Assembly: GCA_951406725.2 (NCBI GenBank)
Contig: OX597825.1
Coordinates: forward strand, 35,526,001 to 35,590,000
Direction: 5' to 3'
DNA from: Octopus vulgaris
Lineage: Eukaryota
Length of the DNA: 64,000 nt
Position 1 is the first letter of the stretch. Every line of letters begins with the position of its first letter. Position numbers and translations under genes: made by a program. Below the pieces are notes generated by a model. That model was not told where the DNA came from and did no database searches. It was given only the letters and a program-made list of their open reading frames with translations. Positions 14,131-27,069 of the stretch are shown in pieces.

Positions 14131-16829
14131 ATTAAGAACTGTCTTCATTTCCCTGTTAATTATTGCATGAACCTACAAGGTTGAAAGGCAGTCAACACAG
14201 AATTTTATTCAGCCCCAAAGTACCAGTTATTGTTTTGTGGAGGAAGGGTAGTAAATTGAGCCTACTAGTTGACTTTTAATCAGTTTAGTGACCCTATACA
14301 GAAACCTGGTGGGATATGAACTCAATAATACTATAAGGCATATTATCTAACAACATTATAATTCTGCCAATCCATTGCCAACAACAACACTGACCTTTTA
14401 TTTTTCTTATTTGATACAAGATCACTTTCGGCAGTGGGGAAGAGATACAGCTAATACATTTCCCCAGTGTATAACAAGTACTTATGAACCTGAGACAGAT
14501 GACAAATCAAACTGTGGCTGTTTTAGATAAGAATGGTAAAACAAAAAATAAAACACCATAAATCATTAAATTAAATCTGGCATTTTCCAGATTGTACCAT
14601 ACCAATAACTTTTAACATAGGCCCAAGACCACAATTATGGGGAGAAAGTTAATTCAAGATGGTACTTCATTTTACTGTGCAGGAATGGATAAATGACAAA
14701 GTTAAATTAGGTGTAAATTTTGCAACTGAACTAATAGTGATTTCTAACAAATTTACAAGTATTAGAAGGTAGAGTTGATTAGACCAACTCCAGTACTTGA
14801 CAAAAACTTAATTTTATCTTATGTGAAGCTGTAAATATATAAACAGTTGACAAGGAACAGTTGATTGCTGGCTTCAAATGCAAAGACAAAAGGTAAAGTT
14901 GGTCCAGAGGCAATAATTTCTTTAATTTCAACATAATAATAATAATGATAATATTTCAACAACAACAGTAATATAGTAATATATAAAGCTGAAAGCAGTT
15001 GTCAATGACAGTTTAGTGAGAGTGGAAAATGTGTGGTGGTAGCAGTGGTGGTATTGAAACAAAATAAAAATATAAAAACATCCTAAAGAATCTAAAGGAA
15101 GCTGGGCTATTCATGCAACAAGTGCTGACTAACATGCAGGAATGGGGATTTAATTTAACTGTGGCATCCCTTAAAGGACAGATTAAAATGTTTTGTGAAA
15201 CCACTAACACAGAGGTCCATTTATAGATTGGCTGCTCCATAGTCTCGTTATTAATTAGACAAGCCATCTTATTTCATCAAGTTGAGGTTATCTATAATAA
15301 TGAATGATGATAAAACTCAGTGTGAGAGGAGATAATAATTCTTCCAAATTTTGTAAGAAGGCTAGCGATTTTAGTGGGAGTGGGTAAGTCAATTACAATG
15401 ACCCCCCCCCCCCTACTAAATCCATACTTTATTTATTGAGCCCGAAAAGATGAAAGGTAAAATTGACCTTGGTGGATTTGAACTCAGAATGTTAAAGAGC
15501 TTCAGAAGAAATTCTGCAAGTATTTTGCCTGAAACACTAACGATTTTGCCAGTTCACTACCTAAGATAGTAATAATAATGGCTTCGAATCTCGGCATAAG
15601 ACCAGCAATTTTAGAGGATGGGATAACTGACTACTTCAACCTTAGGCTCAAATGGTACTTATAAAAGGAAATGTCAACTTTGGTGGAATTAGAAATGAGA
15701 AGACAGTTGGAAGAAATGCTGCTGAGCATTGTGTTCACTGCACTAACAGTTCTGCCAGCTCACTGCCTTTTACAATAATAATAATAATCATTTGTAACTT
15801 AGGTACAAAGCAAGAAATTTTGAGAAAAGAACATAATTAATGAAATCAAACTAGTACACAACTGTTACCTTTTTTTTTTTCATCAAGCCTACAAGTCAGA
15901 TCATAAGAAGCTATAAATAAATCCAGCAGACATTTTACTCATTACATTAATGATTTTTCTGGATTATTTCTAGAAATACAGTTGACTACATTGACTCCCA
16001 GTACTAGAACAGTACTTATTTTATCACTGTTGGGAAGATAAAATGCAAGTCGATATCGGCAAGAATTGAACACTGAATGTAAAAAAAGACAACTAAATGC
16101 AATAAGTCATTAAACTCCATCCTCTTCCACTCAAACACTCCATCCTCTTCAATATTAACAACAATTTTGAACATTAGCACAAGGTCATCAATTTTAGAGA
16201 TTTACTTCACAAAATTAACAACAGGATTTTATTTTCTTGAATCTGTAACTGATATAATTACACAACCACTTTTGTAAAGATGTTGACAGGTGATTATCTT
16301 TTAGGGTTTGGAGGTAACATTCAGACATCCATCGATCCACTAGGGTGTCCAACTGTCGGGAGAATATTCTCTTAAAGGATTTGCCAAACTTAAATATTCC
16401 AAATGATTCAAAGATGTACTGCACACTTCATGATTCAACAAATGAAAGATTTGATGTTACTCTCTCAATAAACTGATCATAAATAAACAAAGTAAAACAC
16501 AGAAGTCAACAAACGAATTATCATGATTTCTAAAACTGGGCCACATAATTTATAAAATAATATATAAAATCACCATCATCATCTACCTCCCCATGTTTGA
16601 ATGGGTACGACAAAATTTGCTAAAGCAGATTTTCTACAACCAGATGTCCTTCATGACACCAATCCTCACCAGATTACAAGTAAATTATAATATTTAAGAC
16701 CAAACATGTTTTCACAGAAGACTAGAAATGAAGGAGACAGCTTGCAAGATGGTGACATTCATTCACAACTATCACATGAAGTCAAGGTAGAAAAAAGGTA
16801 ACACAGACCCATATGTGGGTATGTATGTA

Positions 16830-16875
<46 letters not shown>

Positions 16876-17780
16876 CATACACACACACACAAGCTTCTTT
16901 CCATCAACCAAGTCCACTCATAAGGCTTTGGTTGACCCAAGGATATAGAAGACACTTTCCCAAAGTGCTACACAGTAGAACTGAACCTGAAACCATGTGG
17001 TTGGGAAGCAAACTTCTTACACACATACGCATAACTGAAAGATTACACACAGCTTGAGAAATTGAGTAGCAACAGAGTAAGTCCATTAACTTCAAACAAA
17101 TAATCTTTTTCCCCGTTTGTGTGTGGGGATTGATCTGGCAATAGTATATATTAACACCCCTACCCACATACCAGAGTACACCCAAGACAAGGAAGGTAAT
17201 TTTATTTGATTCAGTGTAGGAATTGAATGTTGACATGAAAATAATCAGAAATTTCCAAAGCAGTAATATAGTGAACATCTAATAACATGGACAGGTGGCT
17301 GGTATCAAAAGTAATTGCAGGGGATGTTCTGTGAACACTTTCAAACTGTAACTACCAACATCTAAACTCATTTACTTATATAGGGACATGGAAAACCCAG
17401 CGTTCCCATAGCTTTTAACATAACTTTGGATCAACCAAAATCTTATGAGTGAAATTTGATAGAAACCATGGAAGCCTGGCTAATTCTAAAAGTACAGCTT
17501 TATCATGTACTGTATCATGCTTATGATATCTGTGGATTATGCTAAAGGTGTATGTGTCTTCAGAATACTCAGCCATTTACACAATAATACGATGAACAGG
17601 GAATTCAGTTAATCAATGAGCTGGGAAAGAGAGAGAGATACAGACAGACATAGATCCATCTATCTATCTATACACACAACAGTGTGTGTGAATGTATTTA
17701 CAAACATATACAAAGAACTATACATATATCCACATATATACACAAATATATATATATATACACAAATATATATATATATA

Positions 17781-18092
17781 TTGATTAAACCTCGCTAAGT
17801 TAAATATTTAAATCACCTGAAGAATGACTGTAACTCGAAATTTTAAGAATTGGACAGCCATGAAACGATCGTAGTGTTATACTAATTATTTTTTTTTAAT
17901 AATTTTGATATCTATTTAAAATAATATAAATTAATTAATCTTATGTATTGGCTTAAGTTTTTCATTGTATGATTTGCCTAATAGTGGTTTTATCTCTAAT
18001 TTAATATAATATAATATTTTACTATAAAATTGGATTCAATCCTAAATCTGATTTTTCCCTGTAAGTTTGGATTTATTCCCTAATATTTTATT
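17781..18092 (+). mobile_element. AT-rich Penelope-like terminal-repeat fragment inserted in (TA)n
   Basis: Contains the hammerhead motif; bounded by TA microsatellite on both sides; no ORF. Confidence 0.5.
17811..17878 (+). ncRNA. Minimal type I hammerhead ribozyme (Penelope-like element type)
   Basis: CAC-CTGAAGA-ATGACTGT...ACAGCCAT-GAA-AC-GATC-GT-A-GTG: both core boxes, stems I, II and III, palindromic stem III, GUA cleavage triplet. Confidence 0.72.
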
Positions 18093-19059
18093 ATATATAT
18101 GTTCATACATACACACATACACAATCATCATTATCATTTAACATCCATGCTCCCATACTGTCATGTCTTGGACACTGACAAGGATCCAATGGGCCCAAGA
18201 ACTGCATCATGTTCCTGTGTCTGCTTTGGCATAGTTTCTAGTCTAGTACCCTTCCTAATGCCAACCACTTTACAGAGTGTACTAAATGCCATTTTTGTAC
18301 CACTGGCCCTACTGAAGTTATCATGCAGCTTGCCAAGTCTACAAAACCAAAGGAAGTATAGGTGCTCACATATATTAACTACAGCCATTATTCAGAATCA
18401 AAGAAGACTTGGTATATGTATTATGCTTTTGCTGATTATTTTAGATGCCTATATAGTCATGAGTAGACATGCTTGCCTGGATCAGATGGAATTCATTGAT
18501 GCAGATTTTTCCCTTGGGATGAGCTTTTACTTACCAACCCTCACCTGCTTCCAATCAAACTAACACTTTCCTTAGCCTTTCAAACAATACAATGGCCAGA
18601 TATAATTACATAGAAGATTGCACATGAATGACACATGACTTGTATGACAGTCATGTTTGTTAATTAGCATGAGGTATCAAGACAAAGAACCACAAAGACA
18701 CACAATCATCATCACTATCATCAGTGTAATGTCCACTTTTCCATGCCTGCATGGGTTGGACAGAATTTTGTTAAGGTAGATTTCATACAGCTGGATGCCC
18801 ATCCTACCATCAATCCTCACCAGTTTCCAAGCAAGGTAATATTTCTCCATGAAATATTGGTATTAGGAAGAGCATCCAGCCAGAGAAACAAGCTAAAAGA
18901 GACTACTAGAGCCTGGTATAGCCCTCCAGCTATGGCCAAACCATCTAACTCGTGCCAGTAAGGAAAATGGATGCTAAATGATAATGCTGATCAGACATCA
19001 TGCAAAGTCACAGCAAAGGAGACAGTAACATAAACACATGCATCTACCTATTTATATAT

Positions 19060-19090
<31 letters not shown>

Positions 19091-19268
19091 ATGGGCTTCT
19101 TTCAGTTTCTATCATGTCACAAAACTTTCATCAGCCTTGGCATATAATAAGAGATACTTGCTAAAGCTGTCACACACCGAGACTGAATCTGAAATGATGC
19201 AGTTAGAAAACAAGCATCTTACCACACAACCATGCCTACACACACACACATACACAATATATATATAC

Positions 19269-19310
<42 letters not shown>

Positions 19311-19400
19311 TTATAAATAAGGATAAGATCGATATTTAAATATCAATCTTATCAAGTGGCCAGTGTGGGAATAAATACCATACAAAGGTAATAATTATTT

Positions 19401-19568
19401 AAAATTATAAATAAGGGTATCTGAGAGATACCACCACACTGAAATAGCAGTCAAAACCTGACCCTAAAGCCACTAGTGCTATATGAACATTTAATGTGGC
19501 TTTAGTATCAGGTTTTGGCTGCTATTTCAGCGTGGTGGTATCTCTCAGATACCCTAATTTATAATTTT
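19401..19568. repeat. Inverted repeat, 73-bp arms and 22-nt loop, inside a (TA)n-flanked insert
   Basis: 19401-19473 vs 19496-19568, about 5 mismatches by eye. Confidence 0.9.
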
Positions 19569-19961
19569 ATATGTATATATATATATATGTATATATATGG
19601 CATATTTCTTTCAGTTCCCTCTAACAAATCTACTAATGGGTCTTTGGCTGGCCTGTGACTATAGAACACAATACAACACTTTCTCAAAATGTCTGTCAGT
19701 AAGTTGTACCCAAAACCACAGATTAGCAAACCAAACTTTTTAACCAAACAGTCATGCCTGTGCCAAAAGCATTTAAACTGCTTCAAAAATTTGCATACCA
19801 TTCTTGTACAGAAGCCATCCTAAACATCATAATGTTCCAAGTTTAAAATATATACACCCAAACTTATTATATGCATGTACACACACATGCATATAGAGAC
19901 GTGTGTGTGTGTGTGTGTGCATATATATATATAGATGGATATGTAAGTGTGCATATATGTA

Positions 19962-20007
<46 letters not shown>

Positions 20008-21629
20008 TGTGTGTCTATAGACACCTACATACACAGGTGTGTGTGTATTTTCATACACACATACATATACATGCGTATGTATATATATAAACAATAATAC
20101 ACACACACACACACACTGGTGTATCCCATGTGAACTATTAAATAATGATTAGGTGAGTCAGTCTAAGACTCTGGTCTTAAAAAAGAAATTTCCATGAAAT
20201 CCTCCAATTACACAGAATTCCAGATTAGAGCTCGATGAATATAGAGAAGGAGAAACAATTATAGGCTAAATAAATCCCTAACTAAGTTGCCATTCTACCT
20301 GTAACAGTCAAACATCACCAGAATGGATAAATCTTCATTGCTTTGAACAGCTTACAATCCTATATGAAGTCTTTTCAGCCTCACTCACTCTCTCTCCCTT
20401 TTTTATCTTCAAAGCTGAAGCAGAAAGGAAAAAAAAAAAAAAAAACGAAAGAAAAAAACAAACAAAAAGGAAAACTAACCCACTTCTAATTTCTAGTAGT
20501 CAACATCTACACTGCATATATAAACAGCAAATAATAATAATAATAATAATAATTCCAACAACAAAACTGGCTTTTTCTGAAGTGTTAATTTAATCAGGAT
20601 TTCCTAAGATTGCATCTGAAATACGATGGTGGAATTTTTATCTTTGTTTCCTTTCCTTCTAATTTTCCTTTTAGAATTGTGTGTGTATACATATATAAAT
20701 ACACACACACATTATTTTAGCATATATTTGAGCAGTTCATATATTTTAGCATATAGTTGAGCAGTGCAAAGTTCTCCATTTTTGCTTGTGAAATTCTAGA
20801 TCAGAAAGATAATGCTATTCCTAAGAAATAAAATCTCACAAACCAAGCACCGTTGGAACACAAACTATCACAAACTTTTCAGCAAACAGTAGGATGAATA
20901 TTCAGCTTTTGGCATAGGCACAAAAGCAAGCGCCTGAAGCTTTGGAGAAAATAAATATAACTGCAAGAAATTCATATAGTTTGCCAGACAACAGTTGTTA
21001 CTGGTTACAGACACTGGACTCTTGCAATAATGGGGTATTGGCTTCATGAGCTTATAGCTGATTATATTAACTCCTGTATCAGAAAATTTGAGTATATTTT
21101 CATGACTTCAGAAAGATGATAAGTTGACATGGAGAGTAAAGTAAATAATTACCAAGTGTTTTCATCAAAGAAGTAATGTTTATTATTGCCACATCAATGT
21201 GGCCGTTCAACATTACTACCATTTTGACCCCAGGCAGATTCTCCACCAGATCCATGAACAGCCATATTGATGTGGCGATAAACATTACTTCTTAGTATAG
21301 TTACTATTTTCATCACTTAGTGAGATTTTTTAACTCATTATTTTGCTTCTTCAAAGAAATTTAATAAAAAGAATAAAGGAGAGAGAGACAGAGTAAAGAT
21401 GTTTATTAATTTTTACATCTGCTGTTTTTCCATTCCAGCATGAGCTTTGTAAGTGGATGCTCTTGTTGCTAATTCTTATCTGTATTTCAAGTAAGAGATA
21501 TCTTATTCGAAATGTCCCCAAAGACACAAAGCCCACAACTGAGTAACTTTCAGAGAAGCACACACATACAGAGGAGGGGTTGGTTTCAGTTTTTGTCAAC
21601 CAAATCCACTCACAAGTCTTGGTCTAGGG

Positions 21630-21929
21630 CAGGGGTTCCTAATCTTATTTTGCTTGTGGACCCCCACTGAGAGCTATCTTATCATCTGTGGACCCCATAC
21701 ATGCACATTTAAATTTTTGAAATAAAATATTTCTTTATAGGTTAGTAAAATCTAACAACAAAACAATTTCATTACATGCATAACATAAATTCCAAATACA
21801 AATCTTTAAAGTTTCAATAAATACAGGTACCTTTCCTAGTAAATAAAATTTATATATGGACCCGCAGGTTACAATTTTTTACTCATGAACCCCCTTAAAG
21901 CCTATATGGACCCCATTTGGGAACCCCTG
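21630..21929. mobile_element. hAT (Charlie-like) MITE, 300 bp, nested in a SINE
   Basis: TIRs CAGGGGTTCC(T/C)AA; perfect 8-bp TSD GTCTAGGG at 21622-21629 and 21930-21937; repeated internal TGGACCCC motifs. Confidence 0.93.
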
Positions 21930-22449
21930 GTCTAGGGCTATAGTAAAAGACATTTGCTTAAGGTGCCACAAAGTGAGACTGAAATAAAAAATTAAGTGGT
22001 TGAGAAGAAAATCTAACTAAATTGTTACATCTGCAGCTCATGTATGTATGTATGTATACATACGTTTGTATGCATGCACATATGTGTGTGTATACATCTT
22101 TCATCTTTTACTTGTTTCAGTAATTGTGATCATGCTGGGGGTACTGCCTCGAAGAATCTTTAGTTGAATAAAGACTTTTTTTAAGCCTGGTACTTATTCT
22201 ATTGGTTTCAGTCTCTTTTGCCAAAAAACTAAGTTACAAGAATGTAAACACACCAACACCTGTTGTCAAAAGTGATGGGAGACAAACACAGACACAAAGA
22301 CACACACACACACACACATATATACACCAAATCTACTCACAAGGTTTTGGTTAGCCTGAGACTATAGAAGAAAGCACTTGCCCAAGGTATCATGCAGTGG
22401 GACTGAACACGGAACGAGTTTGAGAAGCAAGCTTCTTACTACACAGCCA

Positions 22450-22511
<62 letters not shown>

Positions 22512-24179
22512 TATATACACACATACATACACGTATGTAAGATTAATGAATGTGTATATGCATGCGTGGAGTGCATGTATGGTAGTGTAAGCAAATTCAT
22601 GTCTGGTTGTAAGAAAAGGGTCATTCAAACTGTAGTTTGTTTCTAGTTCTTGGCAAAACCATGCCTTGAATAGCAGATTAACAGTTTGTAACAGGCGTTA
22701 GTCAGTAACAAAAAGGGAATCTGGTCTCAGAGAAATATGCTTCAGTAGAGCCTCATCTGACCCATGCAAACATGGTAAAATAGACATTAAAATGATTTTC
22801 TCTGCCTTTCTCTCCTTCTCATACACACACACACACACACGTGTATATATATATACACACACACACAAACACACACACACACACACATGCACACAGTAGT
22901 TATTTATATAATTATCTCTAGGAGAAATTATATAGTAATATGTAAATACTATACACATACATATTATATATAATATAGTTATTTATATAATAATTATTGT
23001 AAATATATAAGCTTCCAATAAATTATGATTATATATATATACACAGACAAACAGTATAAATGAATAAATATATGAGAGTATGTGTATATAAACACATACA
23101 TAATGTAATTAAAAACAACAGTAAAATATAATGAAAATAAATCTGCTAGCAAACTGAAATGTAATCAAAAGCCATGCATAAAACAACAAAAATAGAGCTA
23201 AGCTAACATAACTTGAGTGAAATTTGTTTCCATTGCAATTTTCCAGTGCTGTACAATTAAGCAAGGCAAATCATGAAGAGAAAGTAAAGCTGAAGCTAAA
23301 GCAATATCTATTTATTTATATATTTTCAGCTGGAGTACCACCAAACATTTTTCGGATTTGCATAGTGGAAGAGAGGATCCTACAGCAAGTGGGTGGATCC
23401 TGTGATGGTGGTGGAGGGAGAGAATTTGAGATTGTCAGATTTACCAAAAGCATTAATTGGACTGAAACAATGAATGATACAAAGAAAAAAACGAGGGTGG
23501 GGGGATATTCTAAATGAAATATGAGACTGTAAAAGGTGTCAAGTATTCAGACAGAGAGACATATTTAAATGCATGAGGAGGTAACCCATTACTGAAAAAA
23601 GGTCTCAGAAAATAAAAGAAACAAAGCCAAAAAGTAAATATCCAAAATAAACAAGAAGCTAAAAATATATTTGGAACCAGAATCACAATACGATATTTGG
23701 TTCCTATTGCAAGCAGCTGGCATCAATAAATAAATAATTAAAAAAAAAATAAAACAGCCATCTTACCATTGATGACAAGGAAAATAATAATAACAATAAT
23801 AATAAATGAGAATAATAATAACCCTTTCCACTATAGTTAGAAGGCCTGAAATTTGGGGAGGGGTTTAGTTAATTACCTCAACCTCAGTGCTCGACTGGTT
23901 CTCAATTTATGAACCCTGAAAGGCTAAGTCAATCTCAGCAGAATTTGAAATAATAATAATAATGGTTTCAAATTTTGGCACAAGGCCAGGAATTTTGGGG
24001 GAGGAGCAAAGTTGATTAGATCAACTCCAGTGCTTAACTGGTACTTATTTTATCGACCCCCAAAAGGATGAAAGGCAAAGTCAACCCTGGCAGGACTTGA
24101 ACTCAGAATGTAAAGATAGACAAAATGCTGCTTGGCATTTTGCTCAGCATGCTAACAACAATTCCTCCAGCTCACCACC

Positions 24180-24211
<32 letters not shown>

Positions 24212-24711
24212 TTCTAACATGGACTCAAATAAAGCCTTAATTTTGGTGCAGAGCCCTCCAATACTTAATTGGAACTTTATTTCATTGATCCTGGAAGGAC
24301 AAAAAATAAAAGCCAACTTAGGAAGGATTCGAACTCATGATGTAAAAGCGTTTTGTCCATACTTGTGCCAATTCTAATATTATTACGATCTTACCATTTG
24401 AGATGAAAGTAAAAAGCCAAAAAGAACAAAAAGTATGTAAAAAAAAAGCCAAATTATTAAAAATGAAATAGAAAGGCAATTCAAATTATCCTGCAGCTCC
24501 AAAGCAGCCTCACTAAGCCCTACTTCATACCTTCATCAGATACAAGTTTTAACCAAGAAGAAACCAAATAAACAGTGAAATCTCACAATAAAACTATTCT
24601 GAGCTATTGTTTATATCTGCCTAAATCTATGTATGAATGCATGTGCACATTTACGCATGTGTGTGTGTGTTTCTATACATACATAGGTGTGTATATATAT
24701 AATCCAACAAA

Positions 24712-25072
24712 GAACACCTCCTTTAAGACAATGTTGTTCATAACACATGGTTTACCAGTGTAAGGGGACTGAGACATGCTCTTTCAACCTTATGGTGTGT
24801 CCCCTCAGTTGAAACTACCCTGCTGACCTAATGAATAGGTAAATTAGTGTTTTGATTCTCACTATTCTGCAGTCACCTCATTAATTATCATCTACTTGGC
24901 AGACATCAGCATGCAAACAAGATCTCATGTGCTTGTCAGATTCATCAGTTCAGCAAGGTAGCTGTGAGTGAGTAGACACACAACAGGGTAGAAACACTAT
25001 AGTGTCTCAAACATACATTACATCAGTGGATCATGCATGATGAACACAGATCTTCGAAAGGGAGATGCTTTC
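24712..25072. mobile_element. Old fold-back element or MITE with about 125-bp degenerate inverted arms
   Basis: About 24712-24836 aligns by eye to the reverse complement of about 24940-25072 (CTACCCTGCTGACCTAATGAAT vs ATTCATCAGTTCAGCAAGGTAG). Confidence 0.6.
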
Positions 25073-25098
25073 TGATGATGGCAAACAAAAATAATCAG

Positions 25099-25540
25099 CA
25101 TTATTTACATTATTTACATTTGACGGATATTTGTCCTCATCTTGTTTGTTAACACAATGTTTCAGCTGATATACTCTCCAGCATATATCAGTGTCTTGGG
25201 GAAATTTCGAAGCTGGGTTCTCATTCCTAAGGTATTTTTCGATATTATTATTATTTATTATTATTATTATTATTCAGGTCACTGCCTGGAATCAAACTCG
25301 GAATCTTGGGGTTAGTAGCCCGTGCTCTTAACCACTGAATAATAATAAGAATAATAATAACATTGAAAAATACCTTAGGAATGAGAACCCATGTTAAAAA
25401 TTTCCCTAAAACACCTGATGAAGGCTGGAGAGTATATTAGCCAAAACGTGTTAACAACAAACAAGATGAGGACAAATATCCGTCAAATATAAATAGTGTA
25501 AATAATGGACATAATTCCTCATCTCTTAAATATAGAACTG
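25099..25540. mobile_element. Non-autonomous Penelope-like element: inverted pLTR-like arms with hammerhead cores, tRNA-like head, 33-bp tail, 12-bp TSD
   Basis: Arms about 25099-25260 and 25340-25507 are reverse complements; A/B-box-like head at 25275-25337 (-); CTGATGA and GAAAC core halves; AAAAATAATCAG at 25087-25098 and 25541-25552. Confidence 0.75.
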
Positions 25541-25596
25541 AAAAATAATCAGGTATTCACATTTGAATTTGATAGAATGTATTAAGATTAAATACA

Positions 25597-25644
<48 letters not shown>

Positions 25645-25799
25645 TATACATGTACAGAGACACACACATGTACATACATACTGTCATTCATCTATATTCA
25701 AAAAGTCGTGCATACCTACACACAAAAATAGCCTACATTCATTAATATATTTATAGAGTGTGTGTGTATATACATATATATATACGCACACACACATAA

Positions 25800-25833
<34 letters not shown>

Positions 25834-26052
25834 TACATATGCCAAAAAAAAAATGAAGTAGACAGTCCATATTAAAAGCCACAGTGAACTATAGGGAGGA
25901 AATGTATCTAATCAAAAAAAAAAATCAATATGCATACACTGACACACATTATATAAGTGACTACACACATACATATATACACTTTATGTATGTATGTATG
26001 AATGCGCGTATGCAGCGTCAATGCACGGGGGAGATGAACAACATTGTATTAC

Positions 26053-26133
26053 CTCGTAGTCAGAATCCGGCTGGTCAACGGAAAAGCGAGGAACGATGGA
26101 GCATAAGTATGCTTGGAGATAAGCAGTTGTCCA
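26053..26133 (-). CDS. SNX2: Candidate alternative cassette exon of SNX1/2, 81 nt, phase 0-0 (WTTAYLQAYLCSIVPRFSVDQPDSDYE)
   Basis: GACTAAC branch-point motif, cag acceptor and GAG|gtaat donor; length divisible by 3; open in the host intron phase; five CpGs in non-repetitive sequence within CpG-poor surroundings. Confidence 0.65.
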
Positions 26134-26468
26134 CTGCCCAGAGTTAAGTTAGTCGGCCGGTTGGAAAACAAAATTGCAGACACATGGCAAGAAATTGCTC
26201 TATTTATTTATTTATATAAAAGATCAGAAAGGAAAGAAAACAAAAACAAAACAAAAAAAAACAGAAAACATGAAATGCTACTGAAATATACACACTGATA
26301 GCTACTAGAATAAAGAAGTTTGGTGGAGGAATAGTATGCAACAAGAACAATAAGCTAAAACTGAAAGTAGAAAAATATTTCGTTCAGAATTTAAAAAAAA
26401 TATTTGGTGGCAGGTGAGGAAAAGAAAGAAACTTATAAAACAAAAAACAAATAGTTCTGAGTGAGCCA

Positions 26469-26947
26469 GAATAATCTGAGTAACAGATGACCTTAGAAAC
26501 CGAGTAATGACTGGCCTCAGGAATTACCATATTATACCTACCTACCCTTTATACAAAATAAAAAGTTCTGTTGTTGCTGTTGTCTCTGCCCACTATGCTA
26601 TTTGGTTTTTGATGAATAAATTTAACTGTATAAATTTCTATTTCCTACTCTTGTAGGTATATATACATGTAAATGGTTGGTACCCCTTAAAAAGTGAGAC
26701 CTGTGAGAAATTGAATAATCTGAGTAATGCTCAGGAATTGCTATGGCAATACACCTACCCTATTATACAAAGTAAAAGCTTCTATTGTTGCTGTTGTCTC
26801 TACCTACAGTGCTACTTGGCTTTTGGTGTACTCTGGTAGTTGGTAAGCAACTGACCCTGTATAAATTTCTGTTACCTACATGGATTCAAAAACACTCATT
26901 CAATGTTGTAGGCATATACAGGTACATAGTCGGTAATCCACACAAAA
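26469..26947. repeat. Old direct tandem duplication, two units of about 230-245 bp
   Basis: Both units start GAATAATCTGAGTAA and share CTCAGGAATT, ACCTACCC, TTGTTGCTGTTGTCTCT and CTGTATAAATTTCT in the same order. Confidence 0.85.
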
Positions 26948-27004
26948 CTCATTTAGCTAATCTGCAAATCCAATTACCTTTGGGCTATTTACACAAAAGG
27001 AATG

Positions 27005-27053
27005 TTTGGTCTATATTTGTAGACAACTTTGTTGTCTACAAATATAGACCAAA
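27005..27053. repeat. Perfect 23-bp hairpin with 3-nt loop
   Basis: TTTGGTCTATATTTGTAGACAAC-TTT-GTTGTCTACAAATATAGACCAAA. Confidence 0.95.
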
Positions 27054-27069
27054 ACTAGTATTCATAGCT

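Noticed and set aside
18099-18563. 154-aa plus-strand ORF
   Set aside because: Made of SINE and RTE 3'-end fragments.
19827-20112. ORFs rich in YIYI, HTHT and CVCV (also at 2792, 9566, 22362, 31229 and others)
   Set aside because: These are translations of TA/CA microsatellites, not genes.
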